64,000 bases of DNA from Candidatus Falkowbacteria bacterium (GCA_016432645.1 CP066698.1:453062-517061); one strand, 5' to 3'; counted from the stretch's first letter, positions 50,929-60,793 are shown. Numbers and translations: made by a program. The notes: generated by a model from the sequence alone, not told the origin.

Positions 50929-52860
50929 TTATTTAAATCTATATAAACTCAAACCATTAACTACAACGATTACGGTCACGCCAACGTCAGCAAATATCGC
51001 TAATGATAAATTACTTATTCCCATGACTGCTAATATCAAAAAGATCGATTTCGTCCCAAGGGCAAAATAAGTGTTAAATTTAATTTTAGTTACCGTTTTT
51101 TTACTTAATTTAATTATATAAGGAATTAATTTAAGATCGTCATTCATTAAAGCAATATCAGCAGTTTCAATTGCAATATCAGAACCAAGAGAACCCATGG
51201 CAATACCGACACTAGCTCCAGCTAAAGAGGGCGCATCATTTACGCCATCGCCAACCATGGCTACTTTTATATTATTTTTTGATTTATTAATGATGAGCTC
51301 CGCCTTATCTTCTGGCAACTTTCCTGAATGTATTTCTGATATACCAAGAGAATCTGAAACATACTGAGCGGCTCCGTCATTATCCCCTGTTATCATAAAA
51401 CATTTTATTTTTTGTTCCTTCAACTCTTTTATCACTTGTTTACTTTCATCCTTTATTCTATCAGACAAGGCTATTAGTCCTTTTATAGCTTTTTCATCAC
51501 CCAAAAACACAACTGTCTTACCTTCTTTTTCCAGTCTTTCTTTTTCTCTTGTCATGAGTTCGTTTAACTCCATTTTGCCAATTTGATTATCAATCAAATT
51601 TATTTTACCTAAACAATGTTTTACATCCGTACAAACTAAACATTCACCAACGATGCCTTGCCCTTGAACTGATTGAAAATTCTTGAAACCGTGCATATTT
51701 AATGCATCTTTTTTAGCTTTTTCAACAATTCCTTGCGACAAAGGATGTTCAGAATATCTACTTAAACCAGCCGAGCAACTTAAAACTTCTTCTTTGGTGA
51801 AACCATTAAATGGGATGATGTCCGTAACTTCTGGCTTACCGATTGTTAGTGTCTTGGTTTTGTCAAAACCAATCTCGGTAATATATGCCAAGTCTTCGAT
51901 AGCTTTACCGCCTTTAACTAAAATTCCTTTTTGGCTGGCATTACCGATTGCGGAAAAAACTGAAATAGGAGTAGAGATTACTAAAGCACAGGGGCAAGAT
52001 ATTAAAAGAATGGTTAACGATTGAACTAACCAAAAAGCCACAGACCCATTAAAAAATAAAACCGGAATAATAAATAAAATGACTGCAAAGGCAGTAACGG
52101 CTGGCGTATAATAACGGGCGAATTTTTCTATGAACTTTTGTGAATCCGCCTTTCTCTTTAAAGAATTTTCAGTTAACTGCACAATTTTATTTAAAGTTGA
52201 ATTCTTAGATTCTTTTAAAACTTTAACTTCTAAATATCCGCCACTGTTAATTGAGCCAGCATATATTTTATCACCAATACTTTTGCTTTTTGGTAACGGC
52301 TCTCCAGTAATTGTTGATTCGTCAACCAGACTATCCCCGTAAACCACCTCGCCATCTAAGCCAACCTGATCTCCAGGTCTAATAATTATAACTTCCCCAA
52401 TTGTTACTTGATCGATGCTTACTATTCTATTTTCAGATTTAAGTTCGGCTGTTTTAGGAAAATTGTTAATCAATTTTTCTAAAGCCTTCCGGCTTCGTTC
52501 TAAACCATATTCCTCAAGAGCTTCACCTAAACTAAACAACACCACGATGATAGCCGCCTCTTCATATTTTTGCAAAAATATAGCTCCAATAATAGCAATA
52601 GTCATCAGCAGATTTATATCAGAAAAATTCAATTTAAGCAGACTTTTAAAACCGCTAATAATGGTCGTTTTGCCAAAAATAAGAATAATGCTAATAAAAA
52701 ATGGCAGCTTAATCCACAACACTAAGTCAATTGAAAAAAGCGACAGGATTTCAAGCGGGACAACAAATAATAACGCTATTACTAGCCACCAAATTTTATT
52801 GGTTTTTGTTTTAGGTTCACTTTTTTTTGAGTTAGCGCAACAATCATTACAACTACCCAT
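50929..52860 (-). CDS. Heavy-metal P1B-type ATPase (CadA/ZntA-like)
   Basis: TGE, SCPCAL, DKTKTLT (variant), SEHPL, GDGVNDAP, FADVG; Cys-rich N-terminus. Confidence 0.92.
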   Translation of the reverse strand: MGSCNDCCANSKKSEPKTKTNKIWWLVIALLFVVPLEILSLFSIDLVLWIKLPFFISIILIFGKTTIISGFKSLLKLNFSDINLLMTIAIIGAIFLQKYEEAAIIVVLFSLGEALEEYGLERSRKALEKLINNFPKTAELKSENRIVSIDQVTIGEVIIIRPGDQVGLDGEVVYGDSLVDESTITGEPLPKSKSIGDKIYAGSINSGGYLEVKVLKESKNSTLNKIVQLTENSLKRKADSQKFIEKFARYYTPAVTAFAVILFIIPVLFFNGSVAFWLVQSLTILLISCPCALVISTPISVFSAIGNASQKGILVKGGKAIEDLAYITEIGFDKTKTLTIGKPEVTDIIPFNGFTKEEVLSCSAGLSRYSEHPLSQGIVEKAKKDALNMHGFKNFQSVQGQGIVGECLVCTDVKHCLGKINLIDNQIGKMELNELMTREKERLEKEGKTVVFLGDEKAIKGLIALSDRIKDESKQVIKELKEQKIKCFMITGDNDGAAQYVSDSLGISEIHSGKLPEDKAELIINKSKNNIKVAMVGDGVNDAPSLAGASVGIAMGSLGSDIAIETADIALMNDDLKLIPYIIKLSKKTVTKIKFNTYFALGTKSIFLILAVMGISNLSLAIFADVGVTVIVVVNGLSLYRFK

Positions 52861-52864
52861 ATAT

Positions 52865-53797
52865 TTAGAATATAATAAATTTATTAAGCATACTTCTATA
52901 TACCCGGTACGGTTTCGGCCCTACCAAGGCCTTGCCATTAATGAAAACCGTGGGAGTGCCGTATAGATGGGTTTTTCTTAATTCGCTAACCTGTCTGCTA
53001 ACAATATCTTTTGTATTCTGATTCTCAACGCAATTATTAACCTTATCAACGTCGAAATCGAAATTCTGCAGTATTGTATTAACGTATTCTTTCTGATAAA
53101 TTTCCACCTTATCTACTGTAAATAAATAATCATTAAAAGCCCAAAACCTGTCTCCGTAATCCTTATAAACACAGTAGCCAATTTCTGATAAAAAATTAGT
53201 GTTTTCTTTAGCTGGATAATGAGCAAAAATATAATTAGTTTTTTTCTCTCTAACTAGCTTCTGAATATCCGAGTATGCCTTTCTAGTGTAATCGCATTCA
53301 TAACAACCAATTAAAACGACCGTGTCTTTTGAGCCAATATTTTTTGTTGGAAAGCTTGATAAATCAACATTTTCTAAGGTTACGTTTTTCTCTGTTTTTT
53401 CTTCAACTCCGCATTGCTGATTAATGTCTGTTACCTTATTATTTTCACCCTTAGGGTCAAAGGCGCAAAATCCAGATTGATTTAATCCATTGCAGCTACC
53501 ATATATATAATAATTATAGCCACCCTTAACTACCCAAAAGGTACTTCCAATCATAAGAATAAAAAATATCCAAGAAAAAATCTCAAAATACTTGTTTGCG
53601 ATTCTGGCAAAAAAAACTGACTTACTCAACAATCTGCCAATAATACGACTTTTTATTTTTTCCTTAAAACCAGTATTACAAGGACGGAACGTAACTCGCC
53701 TAAATACACAATCTAGCGCTTCTTTGGCTAACACCCGATGCGTAGCGCTAAATAGTCCCAAAATAGAAAATACTATTAGTGATATTATGCAAATCAT
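52865..53797 (-). CDS. Membrane protein with DsbA-like domain
   Basis: TM N-terminus; GCYECDYT; GTPTVFING. Confidence 0.75.
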   Translation of the reverse strand: MICIISLIVFSILGLFSATHRVLAKEALDCVFRRVTFRPCNTGFKEKIKSRIIGRLLSKSVFFARIANKYFEIFSWIFFILMIGSTFWVVKGGYNYYIYGSCNGLNQSGFCAFDPKGENNKVTDINQQCGVEEKTEKNVTLENVDLSSFPTKNIGSKDTVVLIGCYECDYTRKAYSDIQKLVREKKTNYIFAHYPAKENTNFLSEIGYCVYKDYGDRFWAFNDYLFTVDKVEIYQKEYVNTILQNFDFDVDKVNNCVENQNTKDIVSRQVSELRKTHLYGTPTVFINGKALVGPKPYRVYRSMLNKFIIF

Positions 53798-55014
53798 ATT
53801 TTTATTTTATCCTTCATAATTTGAAGCGTTTTATTAAAATCATTTCTATCATTGGCGTCAATCGGCTTTCCTGGAGGCAATATCTCTTTTGCGGGATTGA
53901 TATTAACACCGTTTTTTGACATTTCCAAATGCAAGTGCGGTCCAGTGGAAAATCCAGTGGATCCAACATAACCAATTACCTGACCCTGACTCACACGTTC
54001 ACCTTTTTTGACTAGTATTTTTGATTGATGAGCATAAAGAGTTGAATAAACACCATCATGTTTAATTTTAGTCATATTACCATAACCGACCGTACTCCAA
54101 CCAGCAGACACAACGACGCCATCACCAACCGCCCTGATTGGCGTTCCGGCTGAGGCGACATAATCAACTGCTTGATGTTTTGTCGCTAAACCAAATTTAT
54201 CAACATACCTCTTGCCCAGAGTAAAAGGCGATGAAATATATCTGAATGACAAAGGCGCACGCAAGAACTTTTTTTGCACCGCATTGCCGTTCTCATCGTA
54301 ATAGTCATAACCGCCAGTAGAAGTTTTGTAATAAAAAGATTGATGCAATTTTTCGCCATTCAAATAAGCACCAGCCAAAACTCGCCCAGGCATCACATAT
54401 TTCCCGTCGCGATAGCGTTCTTCATAGATAAATTTGTATTTATCTCCTTCTCGTGGGTCATTAGCAAAATCAATACTGTATTCCAAACTTTCAGCAAACT
54501 GAATAACCACTTTTTCGTCAGCACCCTGCTTTAAAGCTGATTCATAGAGAGATCCGTTCAGTTGCCCCTCAATCACCTTCTCCATAATTTCGTAATCAAT
54601 CGTATTAATTGCCGATTGCCAATCTTCATTATTTTCTCGGCTGATTATCAACTCTCGTTCGTCGTCAATATTATAAATTATCTTAACGAGATTGCCATTC
54701 TCATCGTTATTAAAAAGAAATTCGTGGCCAATTTTTAGATCAGCTAAATCGTAGATCGGTTTGACTTTTTCATAAAGATTAAGAGCGGATTTTTCATCTA
54801 TGTTAGCCTTTAAAGCAACTACGCTAAAAACATCACCTTCTTCAACTATAATCTTAAAGCCGTTGGCATTATTTTTCAGTCCTTCTCCCTTGACCGCCAC
54901 GACTCCTGGCTTAGCTTCCTTTATCGGGTTACTATTTGCTTCGTCCTTAAATATAAAAACTGATATAGGAATCATTAGGACAACCAATATAATATATAAT
55001 TTTTTTCTATTCAT
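53794..55014 (-). CDS. M23 family peptidoglycan endopeptidase (MepM/Csd-like)
   Basis: HQAVDY, GYGN, TLYAH, GYVGSTGFSTGPHLH. Confidence 0.92.
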   Translation of the reverse strand: MNRKKLYIILVVLMIPISVFIFKDEANSNPIKEAKPGVVAVKGEGLKNNANGFKIIVEEGDVFSVVALKANIDEKSALNLYEKVKPIYDLADLKIGHEFLFNNDENGNLVKIIYNIDDERELIISRENNEDWQSAINTIDYEIMEKVIEGQLNGSLYESALKQGADEKVVIQFAESLEYSIDFANDPREGDKYKFIYEERYRDGKYVMPGRVLAGAYLNGEKLHQSFYYKTSTGGYDYYDENGNAVQKKFLRAPLSFRYISSPFTLGKRYVDKFGLATKHQAVDYVASAGTPIRAVGDGVVVSAGWSTVGYGNMTKIKHDGVYSTLYAHQSKILVKKGERVSQGQVIGYVGSTGFSTGPHLHLEMSKNGVNINPAKEILPPGKPIDANDRNDFNKTLQIMKDKIKI

Positions 55015-55016
55015 AT

Positions 55017-56222
55017 CTAAAGTAATTTTAATATTAACTCTAAGTTTTTCAAAAAAATATCAGCCTCATCCAAGGTATTATAAAAATAGAGTGAAACCCT
55101 GGCGGAGTTAAATATTTTTTTATCATTGAACCACGAATGGACACAATGCTGTCCTGATCGAATCATAATATTCGCCATCTCATCAAGCATTAAAGCGAAC
55201 TTATGCATATCAACGCCATCAATGTAAAAAGAAATAATACCAGAGCGCAAAGCCGGGTCTACTGGGCCAACAATCTTAATCTTCGGCCACTTTCTTAAGC
55301 CGTCCGTAATATAACTGTTTAATTTCAATTCCTGCTCTTTTATTTTATCAAACCCGATTATTTCAATATATTTTACCGCCTCACCTAGACCAATTATACC
55401 GGCATAATCCTGTAATCCGGCTTCAAATTTCTCTGGCGCTTCAAGCATTTTATAATCGGCATAAGTCGAATATTCAACCGTATTACCACCGACCATAAAT
55501 GGTTCAAACTTTTCCAATAAATCATGCTTAGCATAAAACACCCCCGTGCCAGTCGGTCCAAGCATCTTATGACCGGAGAAAGCTAAAAAATCTACATCTA
55601 AATTTTTAACGTCAACTTTTTGATGTGCTATACCTTGCGCCACATCCAAAAAAACCAAGGCTCCATGCTCATGAGCAATTTTAATTATTTCCTTAGCCGG
55701 AATGGTTGTGCCATCTAAATTAGAGGTTAATACCATGGCCACCAATTTGACTCCATCTATATTTTTCTTGTAGCTATCAAGATCAAATGTTTCATCTTCT
55801 TTTGACCTAATTATTTGATGTTTAATGCCTTTCTTTTTGACAAGCGCCAGCCATGGAACTAAATTTGAATTATGTTCCTTGTCAGTAGACAATACAATGT
55901 CGCCAGCCTTAAAGTCAAAAGAATTAGCCAATAAATTTATGCCTTCAGTCGTATTTCTGGTAAAAACAATTTCATTCTCATTAGCATTGATAAAACGCGC
56001 GATGGAGATTCTTGCTTCCTTGACCTTTTTGGTAACTATTTCCCCAAATTTATGGTGACTCCGACCAGCGCAAGCTGGATACTCATAATAATATTCGTCC
56101 ATCGCTTCAATTATCTGCCGGGGCTTCAAACTCATGCAAGCATTATCAAAATAAACAATTCGTCTGCCTTTGATTTCTTTGCTAAGAATTGGAAAATCAT
56201 ATTTTATTTTTTCTATATCCAT
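55017..56222 (-). CDS. sufS: SufS-like cysteine desulfurase (class V aminotransferase)
   Basis: YFDNA, EHNSN, FSGHKMLGPTG, FEAG, RSGQHC. Confidence 0.9.
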   Translation of the reverse strand: MDIEKIKYDFPILSKEIKGRRIVYFDNACMSLKPRQIIEAMDEYYYEYPACAGRSHHKFGEIVTKKVKEARISIARFINANENEIVFTRNTTEGINLLANSFDFKAGDIVLSTDKEHNSNLVPWLALVKKKGIKHQIIRSKEDETFDLDSYKKNIDGVKLVAMVLTSNLDGTTIPAKEIIKIAHEHGALVFLDVAQGIAHQKVDVKNLDVDFLAFSGHKMLGPTGTGVFYAKHDLLEKFEPFMVGGNTVEYSTYADYKMLEAPEKFEAGLQDYAGIIGLGEAVKYIEIIGFDKIKEQELKLNSYITDGLRKWPKIKIVGPVDPALRSGIISFYIDGVDMHKFALMLDEMANIMIRSGQHCVHSWFNDKKIFNSARVSLYFYNTLDEADIFLKNLELILKLL

Positions 56223-56240
56223 ATTTAACAGGTTAGGAAT

Positions 56241-56843
56241 TTAATGTTTACCGCAACCACAACCTCCACCTTTAGCCGCTCCACATCCAGAACTTCCGCA
56301 ATTTCCGTTACAGTCACCCTTTGGTAAATTATCATTCGTATTGGCCAATGCTGTCCCAGAAGGTTGTAAACCATCTTCAGTTATTACAAACTTACCCCAA
56401 ACCATTCTCATCCCGCAAGAAAATCTGATTTCATTCTCGCCATCGGGAGCTAAAAATTCAATAACATTCTTTCCAACCTCCAAACTCTTACTTATCCCCA
56501 GGGACTCAATCATAATCTCGTTCGTGCAACCGGTCATCTGCTTAACATCAATATTCCAACGCACGGGAATTCCTTTTTTGATGTAAATTACATTTGGACT
56601 ATAACCATCGTAAGTGAGAGTCATGGACACCTCCTGAAATTTACTTTTATCAACCGATGCAATGTTACTCGAGCCTGTAGAATTAACGGATTTAACAAAA
56701 CCAAAACCGTTAAATGCAAAAGCAGATAGTGTTATTACTATTAAAGCCAACGAGATATAAACAAGCTTAAAATTACCCGTTCTTGCTCTTTCGACTATTC
56801 GATGTAAGCCTCCGCCAAATATTTTTTTAATTTTATTCATCAT
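56241..56843 (-). CDS. Cupredoxin-domain membrane protein with Cys-rich tail
   Basis: GYSPNVIYIKKGIPVRW, GC, FSCGMRMVWG; C-terminal CNGNCGSSGC...CGCG. Confidence 0.8.
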   Translation of the reverse strand: MMNKIKKIFGGGLHRIVERARTGNFKLVYISLALIVITLSAFAFNGFGFVKSVNSTGSSNIASVDKSKFQEVSMTLTYDGYSPNVIYIKKGIPVRWNIDVKQMTGCTNEIMIESLGISKSLEVGKNVIEFLAPDGENEIRFSCGMRMVWGKFVITEDGLQPSGTALANTNDNLPKGDCNGNCGSSGCGAAKGGGCGCGKH

Positions 56844-56912
56844 ACTATTAACAATTTAGCCTAATCAATCAGTCGAGGAACAACTCGCCCCCGACTGATT
56901 GAAATTATATTA

Positions 56913-57932
56913 TTATTGACCGCAACCGGCAGCAGCCGCTCCAGATGACGGCGCTGCTCCTGCACCAAATCCTGGCGCTGGGGAGTCGCTGGATAATTCA
57001 GTTGAACATTCCTTTGGGGGATTATTGAAAGCTGAACAAATCGACTTTAATAAGCTCTTGCTATCACGACCACTGTTACTTTGTGTGCCATTAATAACCA
57101 GGGTCGGAGAACCGCCCACGTTATATTTTTCATTATCAGATTTAAAAATTTCAAATCCGGCATAACTACCCTTAAAGCCAGCTTTGTTATTGAAATTTTC
57201 AAGTACTTTAAACTCTTTATCTGTTTTTGCAATACAGCCATTTAACTTATTCTTGTCAATTTTGGCATTACTGAGACAACTCTCAATACCGCTATCACCA
57301 TCTTTAGTAAAACATCCTAAATATGCCATATACTTATCAGATTGTTCCTTTTGAATACAGTACTGGCTCAGCTGTTCTTTGAGCTCCTTTTCACCATGCA
57401 TAGCATAATCATTAAACTTGATTTTGAAATCAATCTTGTCCCCCAAGGTCTTTGCCACTGGGATAATTCCTTTTTCCATTTGCAGACCATAGGGACAATG
57501 GCTCATTACGAATAACTCAACTTTCGGTTTGTCAGATTTTTCCTCTACTACATCAGCTACTGGTTCCGAATCGGTTTTAGTATTTGGGGTATCATTTTCA
57601 GCCGTTTTGTCTCCAACAATATCCATGACTTGCGGAAAAAATCTTTTGCCGTCTTTGGAAATATAGGATGGGATATTTTGTCCATTATATTCAATATCCA
57701 GCTTGTAAAAATCTCCGTCCTTGCCAACCACTTTAACCGTTGCTTTACCTTGTTGTATCAATTCGGAGTTAACATAGTCCGCCGCTTTTGTTTTGATTTC
57801 TTCTTCCGGAAGCCATGTTGATCTTTCTTTCTGAGCATTAGCGGTGTATACCGCAAATCCCACGATACTTGCCAATGCTATTCCAGCCAGCAAACCAGTC
57901 AAAACTTGTTTGTTTACAATTGTTTTATTCAT
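56913..57932 (-). CDS. Membrane-anchored thioredoxin-fold protein (CPYG)
   Basis: ELFVMSHCPYG; GSPTLVING; several additional Cys. Confidence 0.8.
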   Translation of the reverse strand: MNKTIVNKQVLTGLLAGIALASIVGFAVYTANAQKERSTWLPEEEIKTKAADYVNSELIQQGKATVKVVGKDGDFYKLDIEYNGQNIPSYISKDGKRFFPQVMDIVGDKTAENDTPNTKTDSEPVADVVEEKSDKPKVELFVMSHCPYGLQMEKGIIPVAKTLGDKIDFKIKFNDYAMHGEKELKEQLSQYCIQKEQSDKYMAYLGCFTKDGDSGIESCLSNAKIDKNKLNGCIAKTDKEFKVLENFNNKAGFKGSYAGFEIFKSDNEKYNVGGSPTLVINGTQSNSGRDSKSLLKSICSAFNNPPKECSTELSSDSPAPGFGAGAAPSSGAAAAGCGQ

Positions 57933-58008
57933 AAAATTTATTAATATTTAGTATTTAGTCAATTAAAAAACCGCCAAAACAATAGTATGGCAGTTTAAAA
58001 CTAAATTA

Positions 58009-58389
58009 TTAATAAATTTTTGGATGCAATACGCCCTTGGCGAACAAATCAATTAATCTGTTATAATCGGAAGAATAATTTCTGATAAGAGTTTTAAACC
58101 GCAAACAGAACTGCAATAATACCGAACTGCGATTAAGCAATGAGACAAAAACAAAAAGTAAAACAATCAACTGCATCAAAGTCTGGTTATCTCTGACTGT
58201 GGCCGTTAAAAAATTGGCTCTTTCCGCCAAATGATTGCTTATGTCCTCATTAATGCAATTTCCATCGCTACATACCTGGTTTTGTGGCACAAAAAAACAA
58301 CCATCTGGCAAACAAATTTGCTGATTACTTATAACAACAAAAAGAGACGCTATTATAGATAAAATTGTTGTAATATAAAATTTTTTCAT
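58009..58389 (-). CDS. Hypothetical membrane protein
   Basis: Two hydrophobic segments, CxxxxC pairs, C-terminal GVLHPKIY. Confidence 0.65.
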   Translation of the reverse strand: MKKFYITTILSIIASLFVVISNQQICLPDGCFFVPQNQVCSDGNCINEDISNHLAERANFLTATVRDNQTLMQLIVLLFVFVSLLNRSSVLLQFCLRFKTLIRNYSSDYNRLIDLFAKGVLHPKIY

Positions 58390-58565
58390 TATATCTTTAT
58401 TTTCTAAAACTTTAAATTTACTATTCTATCTGCCTACATTTTCATATAAATTCTAGCATCTTTTATACAAAATACCAAGGGTTACCGTAATAATAATGTC
58501 TATATAAAACTAGAGCTTTTTATAAACAAAAACAGAGCCTCAAAAAGCTCTATTTTCAAACTACC

Positions 58566-58612
58566 TCGTGCTAGCACGATGTTGCGGGGTGTTAGGGGGC
58601 GCTATTCGAACT
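58566..58612 (+). other. Second att-like junction with a 14-bp palindrome
   Basis: TCGTGCTAGCACGA palindrome then TTGCGGGGTGTTAGGGGGCGCTATTCGAACT, similar to the motif at 50837-50865. Confidence 0.5.
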
Positions 58613-58865
58613 AATTTAGATTAAACAATGTAATATTAAGCAAAAGATTTTATGGGGTAGACTATTTTTCTATTTTTGGCTATAATTGTCTTATATATGC
58701 TCAACAAAACACTTATTAAATTTAAACGTATCTCGGAAAATCATCCTATATATACAGCTTATCCAAATAAAGAGATGCCAACTAGTAGCAATATAGATAG
58801 TATTAATATTGCTACAATAGAAAAATATCCGAAATTTTCCAGTAGAATGAGTTTAAACAGTTCTA

Positions 58866-59990
58866 TTACCCTATAACGTCTTTTGTAAACACTAAGCCAT
58901 TTGATGATTCAAATAATTTTAATGCTATTTTACTGAATCCGGTAATATTTCCAGATTTATCATATATCGGGTCAAGGGTATTTCTCACTACCTCTAAAGA
59001 TCTAATGGCTAATTCTTGAAGTTTATTTTCAATGACGACAGTTTGTTCGTCATTTTTTTGTTCATCCTCAATAAAATGATTTTTAAATTTTTGTACAAAT
59101 TTATTCATACAATATTTACAATCCTTTATATCTTCATAATAAATCGGTCTGCCATGCGAATATGAAGCACTGTGTTCAGTAAATATTTTTAATTCGTCTT
59201 TTAGTTCACCATTTTCGCCATATTCATTTTTGAGGTTTGGATTTGTGTATATTCTTTTTTCTATAATATCTCCCGTATGTTTAATAGCTGTCTCAGCTCT
59301 TTTTATGGCAATGGGGTCATATTTTGACAACAATATAATATCTGCTTCATTTGGTTTATTAAAGAAAAGTTTCTTTTTACATTCACGATATTGCTGAGAA
59401 CCGTAATATATCTGATGAGCTGAATCACGTATTATTTCTCCATTGGGAGCATAAACAACTATTTGTGGGTCAACTGGGCCAAGTTCTGCACATTCACAAA
59501 GCAATATTTTACTTGAACCAAGGGCAAATAATGTAGCAGCACTTTTTGCTTGCTGGACTATTATTGTACGAAAATCAAAATTAGTACCATTTGCAGTTCG
59601 TGTTTGGCAAATTTTTATCATTTTTTCAGAGGCATCCGTTAATCCTCCAGGACTATTTATCAAAATATCTACTTTATTTAAATTATTTGAAATTAAAAAA
59701 TCCTCAATTATATGAGCGTCTCTGTCCGAAATCATTCCATTTATCGAAAAATACGTCAAAAGTCTTCTACCGGTAAAATCTTCTATATCTTTTATAAGTT
59801 TGGCTCTAATTGAATCAGGATTTTTTTCTTGGAGTTGTGCTTTTAAGCCAGAAATACTTTGGCTAATCCCAGCTTTAACCTCGGCATTATCCGTATTATT
59901 AAACTGTTTTTCTAGCTCTAATATTTGCTGCTGCAAGATATTAATATCTCCGCTATCTTTAATTATTTTTCCAAGCACAGTGTTTCTCAT
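58866..59990 (-). CDS. ClpP/SppA-class serine protease (SDH_sah-like)
   Basis: DILINSPGG, AKSAATLFALG, ELGPVDPQ, HGRPI. Confidence 0.8.
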   Translation of the reverse strand: MRNTVLGKIIKDSGDINILQQQILELEKQFNNTDNAEVKAGISQSISGLKAQLQEKNPDSIRAKLIKDIEDFTGRRLLTYFSINGMISDRDAHIIEDFLISNNLNKVDILINSPGGLTDASEKMIKICQTRTANGTNFDFRTIIVQQAKSAATLFALGSSKILLCECAELGPVDPQIVVYAPNGEIIRDSAHQIYYGSQQYRECKKKLFFNKPNEADIILLSKYDPIAIKRAETAIKHTGDIIEKRIYTNPNLKNEYGENGELKDELKIFTEHSASYSHGRPIYYEDIKDCKYCMNKFVQKFKNHFIEDEQKNDEQTVVIENKLQELAIRSLEVVRNTLDPIYDKSGNITGFSKIALKLFESSNGLVFTKDVIG

Positions 59991-60077
59991 GTTTTTTGTA
60001 AAATAAACTTTTATTAAATTATTTTATATATATACTATAGTATTTTAAGCCAAATAAATCAATTTATCTTTCTCTTC

Positions 60078-60106
60078 TTGCCTTTCGTTTTTGTTTCGTT
60101 TATAAT
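60078..60106 (+). promoter_or_regulatory. lexA promoter with TTCG-N7-TTCG direct repeat in the spacer
   Basis: TTGCCT-17 nt-TATAAT; TTTCGTTT at 60083 and 60094. Confidence 0.65.
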
Positions 60107-60131
60107 ACCAATATAACAAACAAATATAACT

Positions 60132-60743
60132 ATGTCTACACTCACTAAAAAACAAAAACAAATTTACGATTTTATCCGTGAATACACGGGAAAATACGGC
60201 TATGCCCCCTCCCTAACAGAGATTGGAAGCGAATTCGGAGTATCGACTGTCTCGACTATTCACAAGCATATTTCCAATCTTATTGAGAAAGGGCTCGTTA
60301 AAAGAATAAGGGGGGTAGCTCGAAGTATTGAGCTTGTCGGCAAGCAAACGGTCGATTTTATGGCTATACCGATTATCGGAACTATTGCCGCCGGCAAGCC
60401 TATTGAAGCCATAGAAGTGCCCGACGATGTCGTGGAGATAGCCAAAGACAGGCGTTTCCAAGATGGCGATCTTTACGCTCTGCGAGTTAAAGGTAATTCA
60501 ATGATAGGCGACGGCATATTCGACGGAGATATTGCTATCATCAAAAAACAAGAGTGGGCCGATAACGGCGATACCGCCGTGGCGATCATCGACGATAACG
60601 AGGCCACGCTCAAAAAGTTTTACAAAGAGAAAGGTCGAATAAGACTGCAGCCGGCCAATCCCACCTTCCAACCGATATTTCGCAAACATATAGAAATAAG
60701 AGGAATAGCGGTGAAAATAATCCGAGACCTGGCGAGATATTAA
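60132..60743 (+). CDS. lexA: LexA-family repressor (S24 autopeptidase)
   Basis: LTKKQ...GYAPSLTEI wHTH; IAAG cleavage site; KGNSM Ser; ATLKK Lys. Confidence 0.93.
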   Translation: MSTLTKKQKQIYDFIREYTGKYGYAPSLTEIGSEFGVSTVSTIHKHISNLIEKGLVKRIRGVARSIELVGKQTVDFMAIPIIGTIAAGKPIEAIEVPDDVVEIAKDRRFQDGDLYALRVKGNSMIGDGIFDGDIAIIKKQEWADNGDTAVAIIDDNEATLKKFYKEKGRIRLQPANPTFQPIFRKHIEIRGIAVKIIRDLARY

Positions 60744-60761
60744 TTAAATATGTTGAGTTCC

Positions 60762-60793
60762 GCGCCCTGCCTTAACGGGCGGGCGTATTTTTT
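60762..60793 (+). terminator. Terminator after lexA
   Basis: GCGCCCTGCC-ttaac-GGGCGGGCGT followed by a T-tract. Confidence 0.65.

Larger units (their letters stand above)
50842..58589. mobile_element. Putative integrated metal/redox accessory island
   Basis: Bounded by two TGCGGGG...(T/C)CGAACT motifs; visibly more AT-rich than flanking core genes; accessory cargo; no intact integrase. Confidence 0.55.

Noticed and set aside
56865..56902. Strong hairpin TCAATCAGTCG/CGACTGATTGA as ncRNA or mobile-element end
   Set aside because: Single copy between co-oriented genes; most simply an mRNA stability or attenuation stem.
58759..58880. Hydrophobic minus-strand reading frame downstream of the protease
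   Set aside because: No ATG after the upstream in-frame stop; probably a by-product of AT-rich sequence.
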